DNA of 64,000 nt from Takakia lepidozioides (Eukaryota > Plantae > Bryophyta), in contig CM060734.1 in the NCBI GenBank assembly GCA_030704615.1, positions 30,318,001-30,382,000 of the forward strand. Direction: 5' to 3'. The translations under genes were made by a program, and so were the position numbers. The notes under the pieces were generated by a model. It worked only from the letters and a program-made list of their open reading frames with translations. It ran no database searches and had not been told where the DNA came from. Shown piece after piece: positions 1 through 12,724 of the stretch (position 1 is its first letter; the number at the start of each line of letters is the position of its first letter).

Positions 1-409
1 TTTGGAAAGTGAAGGGATAGATATTCCAACTACAGAACAGATAGTGGCAGAAATAGAGAAAGGGGACCTTCTCTATGAATATTCTGGTCTGGTCAAGAGA
101 CAGAAATCCCAGAGGTGCAACAGTTGCCCAAGGGAAATCCTGAGGTACATATAATGCACACACCTGTGTCGAGGTACCACAGGCGGAAGGCCATGACACT
201 GTAGCACCGGTCATAAATGAAGTAGTTCAGGAAGAAAATCCGGTGGGACAATGGTCTGAATGGTTAGTGAGACATCATACTGTTGAAGATCGGGAGGAAC
301 AGCAGCAACCTCACCATGATGACCCTCAACAGGCAATGCTGATGAGTTCCATAGGCAGGACACTTAATTTGTTGGGACTTATGTCAAAACCCATGTTCCA
401 ATTACCCAA

Positions 410-2574
410 TTGACAGCCTTGAAAGAAGAACTCAGGAAGGAGTTTGAGGCTCGACTTGCCACTGAGTGTGCAAACAAGGTCGATGAAGAGGTCACTCTCA
501 AGATGAAGCAGGACTTGGCCAATACAGAAATGGCTTTGCAATTGGCCAAGCAACAATTGATTGAGGCAGGCCTCGCGCAAGACCAGTTGCACGAAGCACA
601 TAAGCAACAGCTATACCAAATGCAGGTGCAGCATGAAAGCAAGTTGCAAGAACTGAATGCACTACATACGGAGTTGCAGACAGTGCATAACAGGATGGCG
701 ATACAATGCGCTACATTTACAACTATGCTTGACCAATCAACAAAAGAAATAAACAGTCAAGCGGAAAAATGTACGAAGGCAGAAGAAGAGAATGTGGAGC
801 ACATGAAGCTCATTGTCGATATGAAGAATACAATCTGTCGCAATGAAGATACTTTCAAGCAATACAGGCAGATGGAAGCTGAGAAGAGAAATACATCGTG
901 GAGTTGCAACAAACCATCGTGGCCAATAGAAATGAAATCGCGGTCAGTAACAAGGCTTCGAAAGAAGCCAATAATCTACTTGCTGCCTATGCGCAATTGG
1001 TTGAGCCACAGGCGAAGCGCATGAAGGCTTTACAACAGCAGTTGGAATTGTATAAGCTAAGAGAGGAGCAAACTCTCAGGGGAACCACAAGCAGCTTGGT
1101 GGATAACAGCCTTATGCAGGTCTGGTTAGCACAAGGGCCAGTAGAGGGCAAAGCCCCACGGAAGCTCACCCAAAGCGAGATGAATGAGCTCAGACTGCAG
1201 GTGCAGAACATTGCCACAACTACTATAGACAATGTCTATAGTAGGATAGCAGAGTTACAAGAGGATGTAGACGGACTCCAGACTCAAGTGGAAGACCTCA
1301 CTTCAAACATCGACCAAAGAGTCTATATCCCTCAGGAACAGCTAATGGCTTCTTATTTGCAAGCCAGAACTCTGGCTTTTCAGTCTTCACAGGAGGTGCA
1401 GGAGATGCCAATGGTACAGGAACCAGTACCACCACCACCACAACAGGTCAGTGTACCAGTAGCTGAACCTGTGGTTACTACAACCACACCACAGCCACCA
1501 CAGCCGGAGGTATGGGGCAATGCAGCTTTTAACCCACCTAAAACTCCAGCTGCCAGGGAGTACAGTAGGGCTATGATTATGCCCTTCAACCAAATTCCCA
1601 TCATGTTGGATTTGGCTTGGAAAGAATTTAGTCCTCCGCAGTCATTCGCACATTACTACCAAATCATGCGTATTTGGCTGCCAGTGGCAACCAGGACTAA
1701 AGTTCTTCCAAACAATCGACATATTGAAGATCATCACTTTGCACAATACTGGCACGAGGCAGGTACCATGTTGAGGGAATTGGTTGCTTTCCAGGTTGTA
1801 CATGGACTCATTTATACCAAGACCAAGGAGATAGCAAGTATTGTCATGGGGTGCGGGCTATACTACGCTGCTTGTTTTCTGATACGTTACCACATTGAGC
1901 AACAAAAGATGCAAGCACGCTTTCAAAGTTACTCCAGTGGAGATCATTGGGTATTACCTTCGGTGCCACCTCATATGTACCTATATGACCCAAAAGTTAT
2001 GATACAGAAGGATTCTCAAATTCGTTCATGGTTTCAAGCAGCCTGCAACAATTTGTCAACACAGAAATTCGGACTTGATGACATTTTCTATAAGGGACAT
2101 ATCGCATGGAAATACTTGCACGCTGCACCAGTAATTGGTACCCCACTCATCTGGACAGACAAGGAGCTCAGTGTCTACACCAATTTTGCTGTTCAACGGT
2201 TACACCAGGTTGTAAAATGCAAACTTCCAGACATGGTAGGACAGCATTGTATGCCCCAGATGATTCCACAAAAAGTTCGAAAATTAAAACACCTGAGAGG
2301 CGATGAGGATTCTGATACAACTGTTTCTTCACAGAATTCTTTTGACATGGGAGAAGACTATGCAATTCAGATGGAAGAGAAGAAACAAAGGGGATCTCCT
2401 ATGCCGGAAAGATTACCTCGATATCAGCCTCCAGAAGGCCTCACTTATCCAGGTAGTGATCAACCATCTCCATCAACCAGAGACAGACCTCGGGCTCGTA
2501 CACACAGCCCACCACGAAACTCTCAACGTCAACAAGGTGCTCACTCACAAAGGTTTGCTACTCGGAAACAGTAA
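410..2574 (+). CDS. Long coiled-coil/Gln-Glu-rich ORF of unknown function (two track ORFs joined by a frameshift near 890; probably continues upstream of 410), in the 3' extra-ORF position of an LTR retrotransposon
   Basis: ORFs 410..1024 and 898..2574 overlap and join if one A is restored in an A-run. The stop is followed ~20 nt later by a polypurine tract and a TG start. No recognisable domain. Confidence 0.55.
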
Positions 2575-2595
2575 ACCGTGAGGACACGGCTTTTT

Positions 2596-3490
2596 GAGGG
2601 GGGAAGGGGTAATGTTAGAGGACTGTAGGGGACTTAGACACTTATACGGGATCTGTAGGGTACCCTTAATTTTTGCACAGACTGAGACAAACAGGAACCT
2701 TAGGGGTGACAGCAGCGCACTGTAGAGGGGGTTACATAGCCACACAGCCGACACAGCAGTCACAGCCCACACAGCCAACACAGCCCGTCACAGTCGTCAC
2801 AGCCCACACAGCCCACACAGCCGTCACATCACAGCCACACAGCCGTCACAGTCGTCACACACAGCCCACACAGCCCGTCACAGTCGTCACAGCCCACACA
2901 GCCCACACAGCCAGTCACAGCCCGGCACAGCCACACAGCCAGTCACAGCCGACACAGCCAAACACAGCCAGTCACCGCTTGACACAGCTGTCACGATAAT
3001 AGGGAACGAAGAGTAGGACAGGGAACGACTGTGGGAACAACACCAGTGAAGGGAACATGTTAGTTCACATACGACGGTTAGAGAGGGAAACGGTTAGAAC
3101 CGCGGATAGGAGGATAAAGGGAAGAACGGGGAATGATGAGGGGATCATTATTATCGGGGAGGACTTCGGAGTCAGGCGGGAGCGGAAGTCGGTGAGCACG
3201 ATGAAGGAGGAAAGAGGATTAGTAGATGCTTGTTATATGCAAAGCTGTAGGGATATTGTAGAGGAGAATAGAGACACAATGGCTTCGGCCTGATACCTGA
3301 TAAATCATAATCTGATACTTATACGATACAATCACACTGTGTAGAGAGATCTGAGTGAAGCTGTGGATTGAATGGAGGAGTGAAGGAAACCGATAAATTG
3401 ATGAAGCAAACTGATACTTAATTATCAATGGTAAGGTAGCTAAGATGAATGCGGAAAAGGGAAACAAATAGGAAACACCCCCATGATACA
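2596..3490 (+). mobile_element. Polypurine tract plus probable 3' LTR of an LTR retrotransposon whose body lies left of the window
   Basis: GAGGGGGGAAGGGG-TAA at 2596-2612 is immediately followed by TGTTAG at 2613. The right end is tentatively GATACA at 3490; no partner LTR or TSD is visible. Confidence 0.5.
2733..2992 (+). repeat. Degenerate ACAGCC/ACAGTC tandem repeat inside the putative LTR
   Basis: Dozens of (C)ACAGCC, ACAGTC and GTCACAG units read directly. Confidence 0.9.
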
Positions 3491-4727
3491 CTAGCTGTAG
3501 GTCATGACTGATTGTTCTGCGCGGGCTGAGTACTTGGAGATTTCCAACTCTTCTATCTTGGAGTTTCCGCCTCGGATAGCGAAGGGATGGGTGAGTAAAA
3601 GCCGCGCGACAGCCACGAGCAACACTGATACGGAAGGGTCCACCAATTCAACCTCGAGTTAGGAAAAATGAGTCCAAGAACACTCCTCTTGCCTCTGCTC
3701 ATGTCACTCCCCCTGTCTATGGTGGTACTCAAGAATGCCCAATTGAGCTCAGTACTGGGTTTCAAGTTGCAATGGCAGATGCCATGAGGTAGTCAGTGTT
3801 CACTGGCAACTCAGACTGTTCAATTCAATTCATGTCGAAGGCACCCAATCAGCAACCAGTGGGCAGCACTGGGGTGAAAAAAAAATCCTCCTCAGCTCAC
3901 ACTAGCATGGTGGAAGCTACAGAGAAGGGTAACAAAATGCTTGCTGAATCTCTGGACAAAATCCAAGAGTCTCAAGAAGTTTCTCCTCATCTTTGTTACC
4001 TGTTTTTGGATACTTTCCCATTGGTAGTATCATGTCAAAGTCACTCCAAAGTACCAAAGGTTCACTCAACTAGCTAACATGCAGAATTCAACATGGAAAT
4101 TTAGGGCAGATTCTGATAAGAGGGGAAAACAGGGTGAAATATGTAAAGAAGGTGCCTTCTCCTCATCCATGTTATCTGTTTTTGGTTACTTTCCTGCTGC
4201 CACATCGGCAGTAACTTGTCAAAGTCACTCCTAACCACCACAGATCCACCCAACGAACTAACTTACAGAATTCAATGATGCTAATTTTCGCAAGGTATGA
4301 TGTTGCCAGGACTGGTCTCACAGTCTTCAATGCACCTTGACTTGTTTAAAATTTCATGGATTCGTCTGGAGTGCATTTCAATTGGTCCATTTTGCACTTT
4401 GGTTATGCTGCGAAGTGGCTACCCCTATGCAAGAGGGTGAGTTCCAAATTGCTGTAAAAAACTGAAGAAGGGGATGTGAGGTTAGGGTTCTTGTGTTTGA
4501 ATGTTCCATTATGATAATTAAGATTTTCATCTCATCATAGCAGCGTATCATGTTCCTTGAACACCACATGCACCATGTGATTCCAAGGTACAAACTTTCA
4601 AAAGGCTGACATCCGACATATGTCTTCCTTGTGCAGGTCATTTCAAGTGCAATTGTGGATAAATACATTGGTGAGGGTGCAAGGCTAATACAGGAGATGT
4701 TTGGATATGCCCGTGATCATCAAGTGT

Positions 4728-4728
<1 letters not shown>

Positions 4729-4784
<56 letters not shown>
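4729..4784 (+). repeat. (CT)n microsatellite
   Basis: About 28 CT units. Confidence 0.97.
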
Positions 4785-4788
<4 letters not shown>

Positions 4789-4796
4789 GAATTAAT

Positions 4797-6735
4797 TCCG
4801 GAAAACCCGGATTAATTCTATATATGAAGGTAAGTCTTACTACCAACGTCAGCCCCTGACAGAGGTAGGTTCTGTCCCTTTTGTTCCCGCTCAAACTGGG
4901 CGCGGGGTCAATGGCCACAAGGCTACGGCAAACAACGTCTTATGAGTACAATCTCTCTCTCTTTCCACTAATTGTTTGTGGTAGAGCTGTTAATTGGTGG
5001 ACCAATGAGATTAAAGATAGCTAAGAGGTGAGTCATCGATAAAGAGTATTGCAATTTGAAAACCAACAAAGAATTTAGGGCTAGGTACTACCAGGTCCGC
5101 AAAGATATCAATCAGCTTGTAAGGTCTCAGAAGAAATCATACTGGGACAAGTTATACAGTGAAATAAACTCAAACCACACCGGTGGTAATGACAAGGATT
5201 CTGGTTGGCCCTTCAATGTTTGTACTAGCTGAAATACTGTCAGCAAGTACAAGCGCTGAAGACTACTAAGGGTGCAGCGGTGACTTAAACGTTGACAGTA
5301 TCCTTGGCAGAGCTTCTTAGGTCTAACAGTAAGGGGTCCTCTGAAGAATGGAAGGACACAGTTGGAAAAACTGTTCCTATGATTCAAAACAGCCCTGATG
5401 AACTGGACTATATTTCAAAGGCTTACAACACTCCCATTAATTCTTCTGAGATTGTCGAAGCAATTGAGCATTTAAACGGATAACTTTGACCTTTGGGGGC
5501 TAGAGGCTAACGTCAGTAAATGTGCAGTGGTGGCATTCAACGACAGAGGAGAGGGAGGAAGTGATCTCAAGTGGCAGTGGGGTAGCCAAGACATTCCGGT
5601 CCTCCCTTCCTACACATACCAACGTCAGCCCCTGACAGAGGTAGGTTCTATCCCTTTGTGTTCCGCTCAAACTAGGCGCGGGGTCAATGGCCACAAGGCT
5701 ACAGCAAACAACGTCTTATGAGTACATTCACTCTTTTTCCACTACGGAGGGATCAACTCTGAGGTAAAAAAAAACCATGTTTTGTCGCGTTATTAGACCT
5801 GCCTTGGAGTACGCATCTTGCAATAATGGGTTTGATAACTCCAACCAGGCTAAGTCTCTAGAATCCATTCAAGTGGGGGTGCTTAAGGAGTGCATGTCAG
5901 TAGGCCCCTAAACAGCCAATGCGGCTGTTCGGGGTGAGTTTGGTTTTCCTTCCTTGAGCTCCTGACGAGATGAATTCAAGGTCAGATGGTGGGGTCAGCT
6001 GCAACATGTCCAACATCAGATATCCGGAGTTAATCGACTCTCTATCTTGGAAGCAAGATTACCCTGTCAAACAGGCTAAGTCCTGGCAGAAGAGAGTAAA
6101 AGAGATTCTCAAGGATTGGAAACTTAGCCCGCAAGTCTTAACCTTGCTGGATAAATCTGACTTAGGGGCTGTAGTGTCCAAACCCGTGTCTGTTGCCAGG
6201 AAAATGTCTGATGAAAATTAAGTTAGGCAGAATACTTCCCTGAACTTGTTTCCAGTCTGTGACATGGGGGAGGACATCATGGATGACCTCAAGGGTCTAC
6301 CCGCTCTCGGCACTAGACAAAAATTTAAACGTAGGGCAGAAAGCCTACCTTTGAACAACAAACAGAAGCAGAGAGGAAAGGGAGAGTGCAATTGCCCGTT
6401 GTGTGGGCAACCTGAAGACAATATTCATTTCTGATTCCTTCTCCGGGGTTCTCTCACCAGAGAGACGCTCTCTTCACATCTATCAAGGGAATTGTGCCTG
6501 TACCTCTGTCTACCAACTTTGAAAGTGTCGAGGCTGAGCCAAAAGCCCAGGCCCTTTTGGGGCCGAGTTATTGGGCAAACCATACACAACATGCTTGTGT
6601 AAAGGGATTTCTAGAGGATATCTGGAAAACCTGGATCAATTGTTTACTCCAAGGTAAGTCTTACTACCAGCGTCAGCCCCTGACGAAGGTAGGTTCTGTC
6701 CCTTTGTGTTCCGCTAGACCCGGGCACGGGGTTGC
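4797..6735 (+). mobile_element. Cluster of truncated/deleted non-LTR retrotransposon (LINE) copies: ORF2 fragments and three copies of the 3' UTR
   Basis: Remnant peptides NTPINSSEIVEAIEHL, LEANVSKCAVVAF, IRPALEYA and the C-terminal zinc finger CPLCGQPEDNIHF. The 3' UTR (..CGTCAGCCCCTGAC..GGCCACAAGGCTACGGCAAAC..GAGTACA-(TC)n) occurs at ~4797-4962, ~5618-5737 and, partially, ~6615-6735. Confidence 0.8.
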
Positions 6736-8815
6736 GGCATTGCAAGTGCAAGTTACAGTATCTTGACCGGGGAGCCACATTGTAGGCTGGCCCGATCGAA
6801 CTGTGTTTATTGTTTTTTGTGCTTTCCGCGATGTCTGCATCATGGCAACCTGTGTTTGAGGGGACAGGTTCCATGGGATGCGATGATGGGCTTGTGGGCG
6901 ACATCAGAGGCTTGGTGGGGTCTCGCATCTCCTTGCTGGATGCTTTGGTGGATTGGACCAAACCATCGAAAGGGGATGTAATTCTTAGGGCTCACGAATC
7001 CGTGTGGATTCTATGATGAGACCGAGAACGAAGGTGCAATGCTCCCCAATACTGTAGTGTTGTGCTCTCGCTTCATGTGTGCCCCGAATGAGGAGTGGGG
7101 GCCGCATGCGGTTGGGCTTGACCCCGCAAAGGAGAATGAGTGTTTCCATGTCTGGACTGTTTTCCAGTGGCTATCTGGGGGTTGGGAGTGCATCAAACTA
7201 ATTGACGCATTGCCTCCCTATCCAAAGGTTGCTACAACGACGTTGTACCCCCGAGAGAGCATGGACTGGTCCAGGGGATGTTTGCATCACAATAGATGGC
7301 CCAGTATTGCATGTGCAGTTTGCTTCAGCCGTGCACGTCCCCAACAACAGCTCCTCTGTATTTCTTCATGTCTTTCCTCAATGGGGCCGAAACCACTTCC
7401 ACCATTGTTTGCATTTCTTCCGGTGGGATCCAAGAGTTGCAGTATGGAAGGAGAGAATGATACGAGTTGGTGTGGACGTTCCTCCATATGAATGGAATTT
7501 CAAGGAGGTGGATTGGCTTGATCCCTGCTGAATATTGTGTGCATGGTGTGCTGATCCATGGGGTCCATTTCACTTCTACGTGGTACAAGTACGAAACATA
7601 GGTGTCCTCTGTCTTACAGTCTTTATAGGGACAACTTTGTATGAAGAGGTCGCACCCATTTCGTCCACATATAGTATTGCCCCACGAATCGTTTCAGCTT
7701 TGCACCCCATAAAATGTGATTTGGGGGGGCATGACATCTTTTGGGAGAGGATAGTTCTTCTTTTTGTGGCTTTCTGACTCTGATGTGTATGCTGCAATGT
7801 GAGAAACGGCAGTAAACATGAACGTCACTCTCAGAAAACTGTCATGTCTTGGATACCTGCTATGTTAGGCTGCAATTTCCCACCGGACCATGGACCCAAT
7901 ACTGGCATCTTCCATGTCCCTAACCAGTCTGGAGTACTTCATATACAGCAAAGACATCTGCCTATGCGTATGAAGAGATTGGGTGCTTGCGAAGCACACC
8001 ATTCACTCGGCTCTTCTATAGTGTAGCAAACGGGGCGTATGTTCTGCCTGACAATGAACACTCTCTGTGCTCAGCATTTGATTTGTATCCAATGAACTGT
8101 ATTCCATAATGCGAAGTGCACAATTTTGGCAATGGAAGAGGCTGCAATTTATTTAAAATATTTCTTGCGGTTTGGATATTCACGGGAGAACATTGAATTT
8201 GTTTTACAGAAATCTGTCTTGGCCACATCATCAATGTCAGTGTCAGATCTTCCACCACTTTTCATTCTATTTGCCAGTGTTCTCAAAGATGCAAGAGCAC
8301 ACCATACAAGGAGCTTTGCTCCACTGCTTGTAGTTATTGGTTTCCCATTCTGCCCCCACTTTCCTCAATTATCAAGTTTGTTGTACATTTTCTTTAGTCG
8401 CACACATACAGGTGGTGTGACAGTGAATTCTGCAACGACAGCACGCCGGATACGCACAGTTGAAAACAATGCAAACACTAAATAGAACGACTGTGGACCT
8501 GAACGGCCAAACACGTCTACGAAATGTTGCACACACTGCATACAATGAGCTATGCATAAAATGAGTATGACAATGAGCAAAGATTTTGACAATGACAATG
8601 GCTTTGACAAATAGCTATGACAATGCATATGCACACAATGTATTCAATGTATACAGACACTGTAGACAACGGTGCTTGCAGAGGCATACACAGGGAGGTC
8701 GGAAGAGCCACATCATAGGACGAAGAGACAACATACTAGGTTCCTGTAAAAGATGAAGGGTCATGGGCCTCCCTTCGCAGCACGGTGGAACTAGAACGGA
8801 GAGGCACGACCAGAA

Positions 8816-9472
8816 GTGAGTCCCCCCCCCCCCCCCCCCACTTCTGTGATACATTACTGTGCTAGGAACATCACACTTTGGTGCATGGAAGAACATTACG
8901 ACGCCGATGACGATTGGAATGAAGATTCAGAGGACGACAAAGATGAAGATGAAGACGAAGACGGTGTGGAATGGCATGACGTCGATGTTGAGATTGCAGA
9001 GGAGGATGAGGATGAAGATGAAGATGAGGACGGTGTGGAATGGCATGACGTCGATGTTGACATTGTAGAGGAGGAATTCGATCCATTGAGCAATGTGAAT
9101 GATAGACACCGGTGGTGCGAGTTGCAGGCAGGAGAGTGGCATGTGTTGTGGCACACAACCATGAATATGGTGGAGTATGGGCCACAACATGCCTCCCGTT
9201 GGATTCAGGTGCATATGCGGTGGGTTCTCATTTTCCGCGGTGACATTGAGGCCCGCTCTTTCATAAGCGCACCCGACGCACGATGCCCTCTCTGTATGTA
9301 TCATTATGGGAATCCTAATGGCACTCATCGATCTCCTTACACGTTGTTGATTTGCCATTGTGCAACGCATTGGATGTCCTGGAAGGTGGAGCACAGAACA
9401 TTGGCCTGGGTTATATATAGAATCATCACTGGTGGAGACATTCGCATCATGACTGAACCAGGCCATCCTTAG
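8816..9472 (+). CDS. Acidic low-complexity ORF with a duplicated EDEDGVEWHDVDV motif and a Cys/His-rich (RING-like?) C-terminus; function unknown, possibly TE cargo
   Basis: 218-aa ORF (first ATG at ~8885) containing CPLC...CHCATH. The ligand set is incomplete for a canonical RING. Confidence 0.3.
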   Translation: MSPPPPPPTSVIHYCARNITLWCMEEHYDADDDWNEDSEDDKDEDEDEDGVEWHDVDVEIAEEDEDEDEDEDGVEWHDVDVDIVEEEFDPLSNVNDRHRWCELQAGEWHVLWHTTMNMVEYGPQHASRWIQVHMRWVLIFRGDIEARSFISAPDARCPLCMYHYGNPNGTHRSPYTLLICHCATHWMSWKVEHRTLAWVIYRIITGGDIRIMTEPGHP

Positions 9473-9921
9473 GTTGAGGTGTACTTGGGAGGGCATATGT
9501 TCATTTTTGAATGGTACATATCAAAACAACTTCATCACAAAAAGTGTAACGAATAGACATTGAGGCTGCAAAATATAATTGGAATCCCCACTGGGGAGAA
9601 GGCAGATGCACTGCATGTCATACATTCGTTGCGAGGATGGGCAACAAGTCCAACATGGGACATTTCAGTGTACTGTGCTACAAGTGAGGAATGCCCAAAC
9701 AATGGGGAGTAGATTACACATTGAAGGGGAAAGAGTATAAAAATAGGAAGGTGAATGCGTCCACAAATGCCATGGCAGTCACAGTCTTCTGGGATGGGGG
9801 TTCTTCGACCTTGTCCTAGGCTGTGAACGGTGGGTGGAGACAGAGAGGGACAGAGAGAGGGGTGAGAGGGATACATCAGGGGGCAACAAAGAAAAGAAAA
9901 GAAGGTGGGGGGGGGAAGTGA

Positions 9922-10650
9922 CTGACCTACCTCTGTCAGGGGCTGACGTTGGTAGTAAGACTTAACTTCACATATAGGATTAATCCGGGTTTTCCAGATA
10001 TCCTCTACAAATCCCTTCACACAAGCATCAATCTGCTGTGTGTGAGATGCTCAAAAACTAGGCCTCAGAAGGGGCTGGACTTCTGGCTCAGCCTCGACTT
10101 TTTCAAAGTTAGTAAACAGAGGTACATGCACAATTCCCTTGATAGATTTGAAGAGAGTGTCTCTTTGGTGAGAGAACCCCGGACAGTGTATCAGAAAATG
10201 AGTATTGTCTTCAGATTGCCCACACAACAGACAATTGCACTCTCCCTTTCCTCTCTGCTTCTGTTTGTTGTTCAAAGGTAGGCTTCCTACCCCGAGTTTA
10301 AATTTCAGTCTAGTGCGAGAGTGGGTAAACCCTTGAGGTCATCCAAGATGTCCTCCCCATGTCACTGACTGGAAACAAGTTCAGGGAAGTTTTTTGCCTA
10401 ACTTCATTTTTATCAGACAATCTTATGGCAACAGACATGGTTGGACACTACAGCCTCTAAGTCAGATTTATCCAGCAGGGTGAAGACTTGCGGTTCCAGG
10501 TCCAGGTCCTTGAGAATCTCTTCTACTGTCTTCCGCCAGGACTTAGCCTGTTTGACAGGTCGGTGTGCGGTCATGTTTCCAAGATATAGAGTCGATTAAC
10601 TTAGGATATCTGGTGTTGGACATATGCTGCAGCTGACCCCACCATCTGAC
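9922..10650 (-). mobile_element. Truncated copy of the same LINE (ORF2 C-terminus and start of 3' UTR)
   Basis: Reverse complement of ~5985-6695; encodes CLLCGQSEDNTHFLIHC. Confidence 0.85.
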
Positions 10651-10684
10651 CTCCCCCCCCCCCCAAACCCATTTTTTTTCATTG

Positions 10685-12720
10685 TTGCCCCCTCTCCCTC
10701 TGTCTCCCTCTACTGGGAATTGGCAGTTTGCTATCAGTGTGGATTTTTTGTTTTTTTATCCTCTATTAGGCTTTTTCATCCATAGCCACCAGGATAGACA
10801 CTGAATTACCTCTAGGATGGTTCTTTTTGGCCTTTTCATTCCTCCTCTATTGACTCTCATCCATACCGGATGAGTCACCATGGAAGAAAAGAATTACTTC
10901 TATGGAGGTTGCCAACACATCCTGTTTTTCCATCTGTACCGGATGAAAAACTACCAGGGTGATAATTTTTCATTCCTCTTTTATTGACTTTTTTTATCCA
11001 TATCGGATGGTCTGGTAAGGAATGATAGAATTACCTAGATGGAAGGTAAGGCGCTGCCACGGATGATATTCCCTACTTTTTCATCCTGACACAAGTGATC
11101 TGTCTATGGATGATGTGATTATGACCTGGAATTGATCTTTACTACCCCTAATTATGATTAATTACGGTGGAAACCCTGACCCCTACCCAAAACCTATTTT
11201 TAACCTTGCTGCGGATGAATCCGTCAGGGTATATGGATTCGTCCTACTATTTTTCATCCACGGATGAATAATCGAGGGACAACCCTATGTCGTCTCTCCG
11301 CTGTCAGAAGCACGCGAAGTGCTTCTGAGCTCGCGAGGAGAGTGTTATGGCGGGCGTGCTTCGGTGGCTGCCCCGTTTGTGGTGTCGTACCCATTCTGGA
11401 CGAGCGCCTGGGGGGGGCACGAAGGGGCGCCTTGTCTCTCTTGCAGGCGGGAAACACCGCTATGAATGCAGTGGCATCTTCCTCTTCTGCTTTTTTTCTG
11501 TGCTTAGCAAGAATGCTTACGATGGGAAGTTCTCTCCCTCCTTTCTAGTGCCTTGCGATTGTGCCTGCTTTGCTTCATTGCTTATGTGCTTGTGGAGGCG
11601 GCTTGCTGCGGGTGGTGATGGCGCATACCCTCTCCCCAATCGCTTAAGGTCCTTTGGAGTTTAGGGATTCTCATGTTCTTATCTCTTTCTCTTGCTTTTG
11701 AGTTTCTTAGTTGATATCGATGACAAGTGTGAGGTCTGTGAATCACCTGGGTTCCACAATCCTCACTAAGTTGTTGGTTTTTGTGGGGGCTTGTGATGGG
11801 ACCAGGTGAGGATCCTCACCTACTTTGAAGTTTCTTGAGCATGCGATTGGGATATGGGCTGAGGAGACCTAGGGTTGTGCGCGCTGTGAGGTGGCTGCTG
11901 GCTGGCAGCCCCAATTTCAACCCAACTGCCCTTGACTTGATATGCTCCAGCCTGCATTCTGCCTTGTCGTTCTGGCCTGACTGGCCTGTTTTTTGAGGCT
12001 TGCATACAAACCATACCCTACCTTTTAATCTTTGACAGCACAGCCTGTGGATTACTAAGCTAGGTTGTAAGTTATTTTGGCCAAGAAGGATATGGTATTT
12101 GGTGGTATGTTTTTGGCGGTTTTGGGTAACTATGGATCTGATGGCTTTGAAGTTCAAGGCGGCAGCCTGGTAGGGTACTGCCCTGCTCCTTGTCAGGCCT
12201 ACTTCTGATGTGTAATGGATCGTAGTAAGTAGGTGTCTTTGCATGTTTTAGATGAACTCCTGAAGGTGAGGATGGTAAGCTGCAATGGAATCCTACCTAC
12301 TGTTCTGGATCTGTCATGACATCAAGCCTATGACCTGCCATCTGTTTTTTATACAAAAGAGGCTGGATCGCGGCTGTTCATGCTGTTTGTTGGTACAAGT
12401 CTTGAACCTGCAATCTGACAGGCTGCATTCACATTCCCTTGATACCTTGTATGATCACATGTCTTAGGCTAAATACAAATGATATGGAATCTACTTCATT
12501 TGGCTCAAGTTGGATTGCTTGGTGGGATACTGAGATTCTGACAAAATGCAGGCTGGTCCTTATGCCTTAGCTGATGCATGACCTGCCATAATTAATGGCT
12601 GAATTGGCAAGCTGCTGGTAGATGTACATGCTGAACCAAGAGGCCTTACAGCATGCACAGGGACAGCAATATCTTATCTTGTCCCACACAAGAACAAATC
12701 CCGCCCTCCCACCCTGTTTT
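10685..12720 (+). repeat. Copy 1 (5'-truncated, internally deleted) of a ~3.2-kb tandemly repeated unclassified element
   Basis: Collinear with 13000-15270 and 34698-35335. Confidence 0.85.
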
Positions 12721-12724
12721 GTCT

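Noticed and set aside
2673-2999. Thr/Gln/His-rich 108-aa ORF
   Set aside because: Translation of the ACAGCC tandem repeat.
4030-4280. CTAACA at 4074-4079 as the right end of the LTR starting at 2613
   Set aside because: It lies within a locally duplicated ~60-bp segment (4030-4095 and 4215-4280) and no TSD can be tested.
4870-4950. HDV-like ribozyme or tRNA-derived SINE in the repeated LINE end
   Set aside because: I could not build the nested double pseudoknot or find A/B boxes; only simple hairpins.
6740-8480. Possible decayed DNA-transposon coding region (Cys-rich bits such as VTCTCN)
   Set aside because: Too fragmented to assign a family by eye.
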